Origin: Flaccisagitta enflata
Taxonomy: Eukaryota
NCBI GenBank assembly: GCA_965153355.1
Contig: OZ231126.1
Coordinates: 7,936,001-8,000,000, forward strand
Reading direction: 5' to 3'
Length of the DNA: 64,000 nt
The notes under the pieces are model-generated. The model was not told where the DNA came from. It searched no databases and saw nothing but the letters and a program-made list of their open reading frames with translations. The position numbers were made by a program, and so were the translations under genes. Below, piece by piece: positions 37,501 through 49,021 of this stretch. The first letter of the stretch is position 1, and each line of letters begins with the position of its first letter.

Positions 37501-39656
37501 TTTTTGGTCATTTTTTGGTCATTTTGGTCATTTATGTCATTTTTGGTCATTTCTGGTCATTTTATTGGTCATTACATTGGTCATTTTATTGGTCATGCTA
37601 TTGATCATTTTATTGGTCATTTTATTGATCATTTTATTGGTCATTAAATTGGTCATTTTATTGGTCATTTTATTGGTCATTTTATTGGTCATTTTATTGG
37701 TTATTTTATTGGTCATTTTATTGGTCATTTTATTGGTAATATTATTGGTCATTTTATTGGTCATTTTATTGATCAGTCTGTTGGTTATAGTACAGGTTAG
37801 TTCGCTGGTCATGCCATTGGTCAGTATATTGGTCCGTTTATTGGTCATTAAGCCCGCTGCAAAGTTCGATGGTAAAGTCTACTGTTTAAATCTGCTGATG
37901 AATCGCTGTTGGCGCCCATAGTTGAATCTAATGCTGGTTCAGCAAAGCCCGCTGGTTTGAATTCATATGAGTCTGCTGGTTTAAGTCTGCTGGTTTAAGT
38001 CTCCACAATAAAGTCTATTGACCTACTGGTTTAAGTCTGCCAGTAAAATGATATTAATGTGATATGAGCGGTTTAAGCTCCGGCTTATTCATGGTTCGGC
38101 AGGTTCGGTTAACCTGTTTGTCTGGCTTAAGTGCATGGCCTGTCTGTTTAAGTCTGTCGGTTCGCCGCGCCCGGCTTGGCCCGCTAGCCCGCCGGCTCCG
38201 CTTACGCTTGCCGGCCCGGACTATCTGGTTTAACACTGTCTATGCCTGATTTATGTCTGGTTTAGGTTTGGGTTAGGTCTGTTTAGGTCTGGTCTATGTC
38301 TGGTTTTGTCTGGTTTATGTTTGATTTAGGCCGATTTAGGTCTGGCTGGTCTGTCGAGCTTCGGTCGGATCTGTCGAGCCCAGTCGGATTTCGCCATCGG
38401 CCGCGCCCGGTTTGATTTCCGGTCGGCTTCCGTTGCTCTTTGGCTGCTTCGTTTCGCCCGCTTGTCTGGTCGGAGTCTGGCTGAGCCTGGTTGAGCCCGG
38501 CTGCAAAATAAATTTTACTTTGTCATTCCCAAACTTACAAACTGTTTCCGTGAGGGTGTTCAATTGGTCCACAACTTTCTCCAAAACAACGTTATAATTG
38601 TACTTGGTGATCTGATTGGATTGGCACATGCCTAGTAGCAGGACACATTTTTCAGTGGTGCTATGAGCGGTGAGGTGTATAAATATGTATATACCCAAGA
38701 TCTTATTTTTTGAATTATGCTTTGTAAAACCACGATCCAGGGTTAGGTCGTCAGCAAACACAGTAAAGACAATGCCCTTTTCGTCTGGTTGAAGTTTTTT
38801 CAGTTTTTCCTTTATTCGATGGCCGTCGTATATGGATAAATACCTCACCTTGTGGTGTTCATTATTTGCCAAACATTCCTCATTGTAATTTTTGTTTTCC
38901 TCCAGAAATTCTTTGGACTTCTCCCATAACTGGAACATCCCCTCTGTGTTCAAAAACCGTTGGATAAGCTTTTTGGGGTCAAACATGAGGATAAAGTCTT
39001 TGGGGTTTGTGTCGTTACTCACAAAATAATGGATGTATGGTTGGATGATATTTTCCCTTTCTTGAAATGTTTGTTCACGTTTGTATTTGGTTTCAAACTT
39101 TGCAGAATGGAAGGGATCAGCCAAATGGTTTTCAAGTTTTTCTCTCATCTCACGAATGGGGGGGTCGTGTAGCTCCACTTGGTAGCGATTGAGAGTATCT
39201 GTAACGATGGACAGGACTGTTTTTCTTAAGATTTCACCAATATCTGCCAAACTTTTTCCAAGAACATCTAGGGCAGTATCTTGCACGCCATAAATATAGC
39301 GCAGACTGCCATACATGGTCTGCAGTATGGGGCATATCTCATCAACATGCTCCATACTTTGAGAAGAACAAGTGTTGTTTTCTGGGGTTGCATTTGGGTT
39401 TGGAGCATTGTTTGGATCGCTTGTGCCATCACCTTCATTGTCATCCTCTACATCAGCTTCACCAGGATCCACACCGTCAACTTCAACTTGATCTCCATCT
39501 CCATTATTGTTTTCACAGTTTCGCACATCTATGTTAAAAGGGATGAGCTCGTTTACGTGTTTGTTAAAGCAGGACTGTGCCCTTTTTTTCACGGCCCAAT
39601 TCCGAGAACATCCTTCAAAGATACAGAGTACCGGTAGTGGTTGCCGGAAATCATGA
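34558..39656 (-). pseudogene. CACTA/EnSpm-type transposase, disrupted
   Basis: Segments 39656-38505 (IYDG...VFADD...KNKILGIY...KYNYNVVLEKVVDQL), ~36309-35781 (HPCRQC, GV, PGDVWHNFHGG), frameshift near 35790, 35743-35342, intron, 35226-34558 (PK|DHYLLHAP.GIRDFGP...RRGENSHRIFK...NNRKSI). Motif order matches animal EnSpm transposases. Confidence 0.85.
36576..38503 (+). mobile_element. HINE-like element with TTTTGGTCA, TTTTATTGGTCA and GTCTGCTGGTTTAA satellites, interrupting the transposase
   Basis: 5' TCGCGTGCACACGACT plus GTCG microsatellite; same repeat series as 44212-45878; 3' end missing or garbled. Confidence 0.75.
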
Positions 39657-39666
39657 NNNNNNNNNN
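39657..39666. other. Assembly gap (10 N)
   Basis: N run; sequence character changes across it. Confidence 1.
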
Positions 39667-39882
39667 CGGCAACAACAGGTTCAGTTACTTGTGCAGCAAC
39701 AACAGCAGCAACAACAGCAACAACAACGGTCATCAAGCGACTCAACGGCATCGGCAACAACAGCAACAGCAACAACAACAACAACAACCAGCAACCACAG
39801 CAGCAGCAATACAATACAGCAACAACAGCATCAAAACAACCACAATAACAGCAACAACCACAACAACAACTAAACCAAAACC

Positions 39883-40187
39883 ATGTCACCACGCACATGT
39901 CATCACTTCGGATGGGAGCCTCTGTTACCCCCGCCTCAAGACCCGGCACCGGATGAAGAGCAATCGGCAGCAGCAGCAGCAGCAGCAGCAGCGACAAAGA
40001 CGACGCCGTCAGAATGTGCCAAGAATGCCGACGCGCAATCGGCGACGGAATCGGAAGCTGTCTCGAGGATGCAGGCGGAAGCGGAAGCGGAATCCATGGA
40101 GGAAGAGGACAACAACAAGTTTGGGAGGGCGTTGAAAAATAGTAACGAAGTGGAACTGCACAAGTCCACCATGTCGCTCAACCTAAA
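39883..40187 (+). CDS. Probable exon of an unidentified gene (Ala/Glu-rich, ends ...STMSLNL)
   Basis: GC-rich open frame ending at a strong GTGAGT donor (phase 2); preceded by a CAA/CAG tract; no recognisable homology. Confidence 0.4.
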
Positions 40188-40468
40188 GTGAGTGTCTTGA
40201 TATTCTGATATACAGTTAAAAACCTTTCTAACGAAGCCCAAGGGATCTTGGTATTTTTTCGTTATAGGCAAAGTTCGCTGTAGCCATAGAGAAACAATTG
40301 CTAGTAATATAGTAGCATAAACAACCATCAGAATAGTTTTGTTCATTTAGAACAACAACATAAAAGTAATGCGGTACAAAATAGCATAAAATCACACACA
40401 CACATACACACACGCTATACACACATACACACACACACACACACCCACACACACCCCCACACCCACAG

Positions 40469-41008
40469 GTGGAGCTCAACGTGGGCAAAAACCTAGTTGG
40501 CAGCGCATTGGCCGGTTCCGTCGGAGGATTCAACGCTCACGCGGCCAACATCGTCACGGCGTTGTTCTTAGCTACGGGCCAAGACGCCGCGCAGGCCGGC
40601 ACTTCCTCCTCTTGCTTGACATTCATGGAGTTGACGGGCGACGAAGGTCGGGACTTGTACGTGTCTGTGACAATGCCGTCCATCGAATGCGGCGTCGTCG
40701 GCGGAGGCACCAGTCTGCCGCCACAACAAAGCTGCTTGAGACTTCTTGGCGCCGGACGAGAGGGAGGAGGAGGAGGCGCCGGCGCCGTTGCTGCGTCCCG
40801 TGGCTCCGGAGACTGTTTAGCCACAGAATCTACTGAATGTTTGTCGGAACCGGGTAAAAAGGCCGAACGTTTGGCGACGGTGGTGGCGGCGACGGTAATG
40901 GCCGGAGAGTTGTCGCTGATGGCGGCGCTGGCGGCGGGACAGTTGGTCAATAGTCATTTGAGACTCAACAGATCGTCGGCTAATTTGAAAGCAGACGCCG
41001 ATAAGTGA
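40469..41008 (+). CDS. HMGCR: HMG-CoA reductase (class I), last coding exon of catalytic domain
   Basis: [25 protein letters not shown]...[42 protein letters not shown] acceptor at 40466-40468. Confidence 0.96.
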   Translation: MELNVGKNLVGSALAGSVGGFNAHAANIVTALFLATGQDAAQAGTSSSCLTFMELTGDEGRDLYVSVTMPSIECGVVGGGTSLPPQQSCLRLLGAGREGGGGGAGAVAASRGSGDCLATESTECLSEPGKKAERLATVVAATVMAGELSLMAALAAGQLVNSHLRLNRSSANLKADADK

Positions 41009-42266
41009 GGGATGAAGGGAAATATAACAACGACAACAACCACCACCACCACCACCACCACCACCACCACCACCACCACCACCACCACCACCACCACCAC
41101 CACCACAACAACAACAACAACGTGATGAGAGAAGGTATCGGATTTGTAAATGGCATAAGCACTGCCATTGGCGGTGAAGTAAAAAACTAAAAAAAGTGAT
41201 GAGAAAATAGGACAGTTTGAGTATATGGAGAAACTAGAAGTCTTGACGAGAGTGTCGGCGAGAACGCTGACTTCCAGATTGACTGTGAATTATCAGAGCT
41301 TCGCATTTGCTAATGCATTTTCTAAAGGAATATCTCTGTCTGAATCGCGCTCTCCACCTTTTAGATGCGTCCTCGCATCTCTATAAGAGGGTATGTCCGT
41401 CGGTCGGTCGGTCTGTTGGTACGTCCGTTACGCAAGTGCAAAAACCGCGTTTCTCGGCTGTTTTTGGCCACGGTGAGATCAACCAACATGTTTTGAGAGC
41501 CTCATTTACAACTTAGTCATTTCATGCGTCTGTTCGTCCATCTGTCTCTCCTAATATGACTCATGATCAATACACGCAGAGACAAAGCCCGGACGCATCG
41601 TTGCCTGGTCGGGCTTGTTCTCTCAATCGTCATTCCCAAACTCGATGCGCCTTTAATCCAAAGTCAATTGAAATCGCGATTTTTTTTGTTTCTCAGATTA
41701 TTTATTCTCTTAAATAAAGCCCTTCCGCCCTTCCAGGTGACCGCACATGGTGATCAATGACTGTACAGAGCGCTTATTCTTATCGGGGGAAAAATCAAAA
41801 CCAAAACAAATTAATTTAGAAATTCGTTCCTTTAACTTTAAGCTAGATATATAGTTATGATCCAGCAATATTCCATACGATCTAATTGCCTTATAAAAGC
41901 GACAATTGTAAGGGTAAGGGTAAGGGAACTTCAATGCAATGAGCTTTTAAACAGTCTTTTCTTTCTCTCTTTCCTCAATTCTATACTTTCCTTTTTTCTT
42001 TTCTTCCTCTCTTTTTCTTTTCTTTTCTCGCTTTTAAATTTTCTTTCTCCCTCACTTTTTCCTTTTCGCAATTGTTTATTTCTTTGCTAAGCCTCGGCCT
42101 TGTAAAATGTCAACGCCCTTTACTTTCCGTTTCCAGTCAATTTAAGGTGAATGTAGAAATGCATTTGCGTAATTAATCAATGAAATTATCAATAATCATG
42201 ATAAAATCGTACTAAACTTGTTCATAACTATCTTTCCTAATAACTGTAAATCAAAAGTAATTCGAA

Positions 42267-42795
42267 ATGTCGGGATCGGGTAGCGCTGACGACGAGGGCG
42301 TCGATGCCTCGCTTTCAACTTCAAGACCGCGTTCGGGAATAAGTGTCACCGTCAGTCGTGCGGATTGCGAAAGCTGCGAGGATTACCTGGAATACTTGGA
42401 TAACTCATTTAAGAAGATGAAAAGTGACGGCAAATTACATAAGTTCGGCGAATTCTGGAAAGAGGGCAAATATTTTGATGTCACATTCAAGTTCGACGAC
42501 GGCCAACAGTTTTCATGTCACCGGGCCTTTCTAGCAAGTTCTTCCAGCTACTTCGATAATCTTTTCTCCAACAACTGGAAGGAAGCGAAGCAAGACGAGA
42601 TTCATATGAAGGGGGATTCCTCGGTAGTATTTGGGGTGGCCTTGGAAATTATCTACACCGGGACATGCAAGTTCGACTTCGATGATTTCTTTGATTTGTT
42701 GCTCTTCGCCGACAATTACGATATCAAGGAGTTGCAAAATTCCTTTCTCAAATATCGGTGGGATATAAAAAGCGGGGAAGTACGCGATTACATAA
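42267..42795 (+). CDS. BTB/POZ domain gene, 5' part
   Basis: FDVTFKF...FSCHRAFLASSSSYFDNLFSNNWKEA...VFGVALEIIYTG...LLLFADNYDIKEL is a canonical BTB fold signature. Confidence 0.9.
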
Positions 42796-44211
42796 GACAC
42801 GGAGCAAGATCACAAGAAATTTGGCTTTCAATAACGTCAAAAAATTTACATCTAATTTAATGATTTTTGAAAACAGTTTTTGTAAGTATGTTACTTCTTG
42901 ATTACAAAACAAAAAAAATTTATGCAAAATCTATTATAATAGCTAAATATTGATAATTTTATATCTTTTATGCAAATTATCAACTTTTTTCATTTCGAAC
43001 GCTATTTTCAGTACTTACAGTGGTCCGATTTGAATACAATTTTCGCGGAGGTAGTCCATGATGTCAAGTCGCTCAGTAAAATTTTCATCATCGGTCAACT
43101 TTACAGGGTAACAACATTTTTCCAAAATTGCAAAAACAATGTTTTTTTGGTGAAATGCGTGAAACAGTCAGAATCGCCATGCACAGCCTAATTAGGGTCT
43201 ATTTTAGGTGCCTAGAAATTTTCTAGCTCTTTTCGAGTTTAGAATGGGTTTTAGGGAAAAATAAGCGAAATTAACTAATTATGGCCACATTTTGCCTATT
43301 TTAAGACATTCGCACGCACCTAAAATTGGTCAAACAAGCCTAGTCTTTTTAAGTACTATGCATTTAGGATCCAACGTAATGAGGTCCTTAGACTTGCCCT
43401 TTTGCTGATAAAACTTATTCCTCACAGTAATATTGATGTGATCAAAAAAGTCTGGAAATGTTAGCTACAAATAGGAAAATTCTTTATTTAACATTTTTTC
43501 TGAAGTTTGCGTCTAATTTTATGAAAAAGCATTATGATAATTGCTATTTTCTGCATATTTTTCATTGTGTCTTACAGATTTTTTTTTTTGTTGGTAATTT
43601 TTTTTTAATCTCATCTCATTGATTAATCCGCGTATTCAATGATTCATGGATTCGGAAATTCATTGTTCTCATTCATTCATTCATTCATTCATTCATTCAT
43701 TCATTCATTCATTCATCCATACGTTCAATCAATCTATCCTTTGTTCACATTCAATCACATCTTATATGGTAAGTGCAATATGTTTTCAACTTTTCTAATG
43801 TGCCCTCATTTGTCAATTCTTTCATTCATTCATTTTAAAATTCATTCATTGGATGTTCCCACTGTGATGTGATGTAATACATAGATGAACGCCAGCGCAC
43901 AAACATACCTTACAAAAATGGATACAAAAATGACCAAACAATAAAATTGATTCTAAAGAAGGGAATTCAATGAAAGGGTGAGCAATGCAAGATATCAATA
44001 AATATCGATTAAAAGTGTTGGTAAATGACAAGTAGATGACAAGTAAATGACCAGTAAATGACGAGTAATGCATGACAAAATCTCCTTTCGTTTCTTTCCT
44101 TTTCCTCCACTCGATCTCGGGATCTTTTGATTTTGTTCTCAGAGAAAGAAAAGCCTTAAATTAGCAGAGACCTGTCAGGAAAGGACATCTTGCGTCATTT
44201 ATTTTCAACTT

Positions 44212-45878
44212 TTTTAGTCGCGTGCACGCGACTCTATAACCCACTCTGTCGGCTGGTCCGTCGGTCCGTCCATCCGTCCGTAACACTTAGCTTCTTTTCG
44301 TCGTTTTACATCATTTTAGGGTATTTTACGTCATTTTAAGTCATTTTAAGACATTTTAAGTCATTTCCAGTCATTTTCAGTTATTTTAATCACTTGAGTC
44401 ATTTTGTCATTTTTTGTCATTTTTGTCATTTTATGCTATCATAAGTCATTTTAAGTCATTCTTAGTCATTCTAAGTTATTTTAGGCCATTCTAAGTCATT
44501 ACAAGTCATTCTAAGTCATTCTAAATCATTCTAAGTCACTCTAAGTTATTTTTTGGCTTTTGTAGTTTTTAGTAACACTTTGCTTTTTTGCGTCGTTTTT
44601 GGTCATTTGGGTCGTCCGGAGTTATTCTGAGTCATTTTTTTGTTGTTTTTGGTCATTTTTGGTTGCTTTGGGTCATTTTTGGTTGCTTTTAATCATTTTT
44701 GGTTTAAGTCCGCTGGTTTAAGTCCGCTAGTTTGAGTCCGCTGATTAAGGTCTGCTAGTTTAGGTCTGCTGCAGCATGCTGGTTAAGTCTGCTGGTTTAA
44801 GTCAGCTGGTTTAAGTCGGCTGGTTTAAGTTGACTGGTTTAAGTTGGCTGGTTTAGGACGGCTGGTTTAAGTCAGCTGGTTTAAGTTGGCTGGCTGGTTT
44901 AAGTTGGCTTGTTTAAGTCGGCTGGTTTAAGTTAGCCGGTTTAAGTTGGCTGGTTTAAGTTGGCTGGTTTAAGTTGGCTGGTTTAAGTTGGCTGGTTTAA
45001 GTCGGCTGGTTTAAGTCGGCCGGTTTAAGTCGGCTGGTTTAAGTCTGCTGGTTTAAGTCTGCTGGTTTAAGTCTGCTGGTTTTAGTCTGCTGGTTTAAGT
45101 CTGCTAGTTTAGGTCTGCTGGTTTAAGTCTGCTGGTTTAAGTCTGCTGGTTAAAGTCTGCTGGTTAAAGTCTGCTGGTTTGAGTCTGCTGGTTTAAGTCT
45201 GCTGGTTGAAGTTTGCTGGTTGAAGTTTGCTGGTTAAAGTCTGCTGGTTTAAGTCTGCTGGTTCAAGTCTGCTGGTTTAAGTCTGCTGGTTAAAGTCTGC
45301 TGATTTTAGTCTGCTGGTTTAAGTCTGCTGGTTTAAGTCTGCTGGTTTAAGTCTGCTGATTTAAGTCTGCTGGTTTGGGTCTGCTGGTGTGGGTCTGGTT
45401 TTAGTCTGGTTTAACTCTGGTTTAACTCTGGTTTTAGTCTGGTTTAAGTCTGGTTGAAGTCTAGTTTGAGTCTGGTTTGAGTCTGGTTTGAGTCTGGTTT
45501 AGCTCTGGTTTGAGTCTGGCTTGAGTCTGGTTTAAGTCTGGTTTAAGTCTGGTTCATGTCTGATTTATGTCTGGTTTAGGTATGGTTAAGGTCTGGTTTA
45601 TGTCTGTTTTATGTCTGGTTTATGTCTGGTTCAAGTCCGCTTTGGGTCTGGTTTAGGTCTGGTTTAGGTCTGGTTTAATTCTGGTTTAATTCTGGTTTGA
45701 GTCTGGTTTGAGTCTGGTTTGAGTCTGGTTTGAGTCTTGTTTGAGTCTGGTTTGAGTCTGGTTTGGGTCTGGTTTCAGTCTGGTTTCAGTCTGATTTTTG
45801 ATAAAAAGATTCAATAAGGAGTCAGGTCAGTTCAGTTATTTTTGTCTCGCACGCGACTTATAGGTGTTGGCCTTGTTT
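44212..45878 (+). mobile_element. Full-length HINE/DINE-1-like element with successive ~10-, 14- and 11-bp satellite blocks
   Basis: TTTTAGTCGCGTGCACGCGACT start, GTCC microsatellite, arrays AGTCATTCTA / GTCTGCTGGTTTAA / GTCTGGTTTGA, end CACGCGACTTATAGGTGTTGGCCTTGTT. Confidence 0.88.
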
Positions 45879-45974
45879 TAAAAACATATGAACAACTCCA
45901 CCTAAGATGACCTGTGACAAGGACCAGAGCAAAAAAAAAAAAAAAATGTGTACTTTTAGCCAACAGTAGCTGTC

Positions 45975-46106
45975 AGCCTTTCCGTATTTCTTTCTTTCTT
46001 TCTTGCTTTCCTGCTTTCTTTCTATCTTTCTTTCTTTCTTGCTGTCTATGTCTTTCCTTCTTTCCTCCCTTCCTCCCTTCCTTTCTTCTATCCTTTGCTC
46101 CTGATT

Positions 46107-46146
<40 letters not shown>

Positions 46147-46206
46147 TTTTTCTTTTTTTCTTTTTTTCTTTCTTTCTTTCTTTCTTTCTCTCATTCTCTC
46201 TTCCCT

Positions 46207-46246
<40 letters not shown>

Positions 46247-46305
46247 TCATTTTTTTGTCTTTCCTTCTTTCCTCCCTTCCTTACTCCTACCCTTCGCCGC
46301 TTTTT

Positions 46306-46337
<32 letters not shown>

Positions 46338-46390
46338 TCCTTCTTTCTTTCTTTCCTTCTTTCTTTTTTCCTTCTTCTTTTTTTCCTTCT

Positions 46391-46421
<31 letters not shown>

Positions 46422-46510
46422 CTTTTCTTTCTTCATTTCTTTCTTTCTTTCTTTTTTTCTTTCCTTCTTTCTTTCTTTCCTTCTTTCTTTCTTTCTTTCC
46501 TTCTTTCTTC

Positions 46511-46541
<31 letters not shown>

Positions 46542-46616
46542 TTGTTTCTTTTCCTTTTTTTCTTTCTTTTTTTTTTCTCTTTCTTCTTTTGATCATAATT
46601 CTTCCTTCTTAATTCC

Positions 46617-46664
<48 letters not shown>

Positions 46665-46735
46665 TCATTTTTTCTTTTTTGATTCGTTTATTTCTTCGTC
46701 AATTTGTTTCTTTCCTTCTTTTGGTAATTCCTTTT

Positions 46736-46779
<44 letters not shown>

Positions 46780-46856
46780 TTTTTTCTTCCTCTGTCCTTC
46801 TTCCTTTTCTTCTATTTTCTCTCCTTCTTTCATTTTGTCTTTCTTCTTTCTTACTT

Positions 46857-46900
<44 letters not shown>

Positions 46901-47080
46901 TCCGTATTTCTTACTGTGTTTCTTACTGTGTTTCTATTTTCATTGGGTCCATTTGTTTTAGTTCTTTTTTCCCTTTTTTTCCCTTTTCCCTTTTTCTTTA
47001 TTTCTTTTTTTTTTTTTTTTTTTTTTTTTTTCTTTTTTTTTCTTTCGTTTTCTTCTTTAGTTTTCTTCTTTCTTTCTTTC

Positions 47081-47128
<48 letters not shown>

Positions 47129-47138
47129 CTTCTTTCCT

Positions 47139-47194
<56 letters not shown>

Positions 47195-47220
47195 TTTCTT
47201 TCCTTCTTTCTTTCTTTCCT

Positions 47221-47252
<32 letters not shown>

Positions 47253-47349
47253 TCCTTCTTTCTTTCTTTCTTTCTTTCTTTCTTTTTTTCTTTCCTTCTT
47301 TCTTTCTTTCCTTCTTTCTTTCTTTCTTTCTTTCTTTCCTTCTTTCTTC

Positions 47350-47408
<59 letters not shown>

Positions 47409-47475
47409 TTGTTTTTTCTTTTTTGTTTCGTTTATTTCTTCGTCAATTTGTTTCTTTCCTTCTTTCGGTAATTCC

Positions 47476-47515
<40 letters not shown>

Positions 47516-47574
47516 TTTTGATTCGTTTATTTCTTCGTCAATTTGTTTCTTTCCTTCTTTTGGTAATTCCTTTT

Positions 47575-47622
<48 letters not shown>

Positions 47623-47696
47623 TTTTTTCTTCCTCTGTCCTTCTTCCTTTTCTTCTATTTTCTCTCCTTTCATTTTGTCTTTCTTCTTTCTTACTT

Positions 47697-47752
<56 letters not shown>

Positions 47753-47922
47753 TCCGTATTTCTTACTGTGTTTCTTACTGTGTTTCTATTTTCATTGGGT
47801 CCATTTGTTTTAGTTCTTTTTTCCCTTTTTTTCCCTTTTCCCTTTTTCTTTATTTCTTTTTTTTTTTTTTTTTTTTTCTTTTTTTCTTCCTTTTTTTCTT
47901 TCGTTTTCTTCTTTCGTTTTCT

Positions 47923-48018
<96 letters not shown>

Positions 48019-48079
48019 TCCTTCTTTCTTTCCTTCTTTCTTTCTTTTCCTAGCTTTTTTTCCCTCTTCTTTTTTTTTT

Positions 48080-48135
<56 letters not shown>
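45975..48135. repeat. (TTTC)n polypyrimidine tract with internal duplication (~46680-47050 repeated at ~47520-47900)
   Basis: Direct reading; source of FLSF/KKER ORFs. Confidence 0.95.
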
Positions 48136-49021
48136 ATTTTGATAATACCAAGCCCAGTTATCAAATGCAAGGCTCAGCGTCTGTCCAGTAACGTTGCTAA
48201 TGTCAAATGTTGTTTTCATTTTGTCGCTTTTTTTGGCAGAGCAAAAAATCCACCTGACCCATGCTCACCGTAAATAACAAATTTGCATAGAAAATGAAAA
48301 TATGGAAAATCCAAAAACATGCGACGCTAGCAAATTACTATATCTCGCGTCGTATGTTTTTAAAAATGCAAAAAGTTTGTCCATTTTACAGATTTGTTAT
48401 TTACGAGCCAAAAAATCTTTTTTTCGAAAATGTTTTTTTGCAACGTTTTTTAGAATCAAGGGAGAGAGATCGATACTTAAAAGTGGCCTAGAACCATGAA
48501 AATTGACATGCAAGTAGTTGAACATGTTCCACGACTACAGTTAAAATTTCATAGCTTATTTCTGACGGAAAGTGTCTTAACAAAAAATAGTAAACTTCCT
48601 CCTGCATTTTTTAGAATTTCTTTTGTCACCCGGCCACCCTCAAGTGATAAAGGCTTAGGGTGACAAAACAGTAAAAATCATGGTGGAAAAAATTTTCACA
48701 GTCAGTTATCATCATTATAACGACATTTGGTAGAAAAAAATGATCTAAATTCCACAACTGTATCGGAGACAAAAATAGAAAAATGATCGCTTAAAATAAT
48801 TCTCATGCACAATTTACTCGGTCACCGGCTTTCCTCGTGGTATAGACTGTTTTCCATGCAGTAAAATGTCCAACTGCGGACCATTTCTTATTGTGGGAAT
48901 GTTGTGAGGCTCCAAGAAGCATATACGACCGTTTTTTGTCCATAGTGGACTTTTCGATTTAAAAAATTGATCCAAAAGTGACCGAAAAAAGTTTTTTTCA
49001 CGACCTTGCTATAAGTCATAA

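Larger units (their letters stand above)
19784..39656 (-). mobile_element. Large CACTA/EnSpm (CMC) DNA transposon, >=19.9 kb, other end lost at the scaffold gap
   Basis: CACTG terminus exactly where the flanking repeat is broken (GATAATGCT|CACTGTAG versus intact GATAATGCTAAGAT at ~19211); palindromic subterminal repeats; EnSpm-type transposase oriented toward this end. Linking end and transposase into one element is inference. Confidence 0.75.
42796..49017. mobile_element. 6.2-kb non-autonomous TIR element with 4-bp TSD (ATAA) inserted in the BTB gene
   Basis: ATAA|GACACGGAGCAAGATC...GACCTTGCTATAAGTC|ATAA (11/16 TIR match, no gaps); removal restores the frame ...EVRDYIKRFETWFEVWIF; superfamily uncertain. 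Confidence 0.75.

Noticed and set aside
38336-39997. 553-aa ORF as one protein with a signal peptide
   Set aside because: It crosses the N gap. Only ~38505-39656 is transposase; the N-terminus is antisense CAA/CAG repeat from the other contig and the C-terminus is degenerate satellite.
45914-48273. 672-aa Phe/Leu/Ser and Lys/Glu/Arg ORFs
   Set aside because: (TTTC)n microsatellite with no stop codons by composition.
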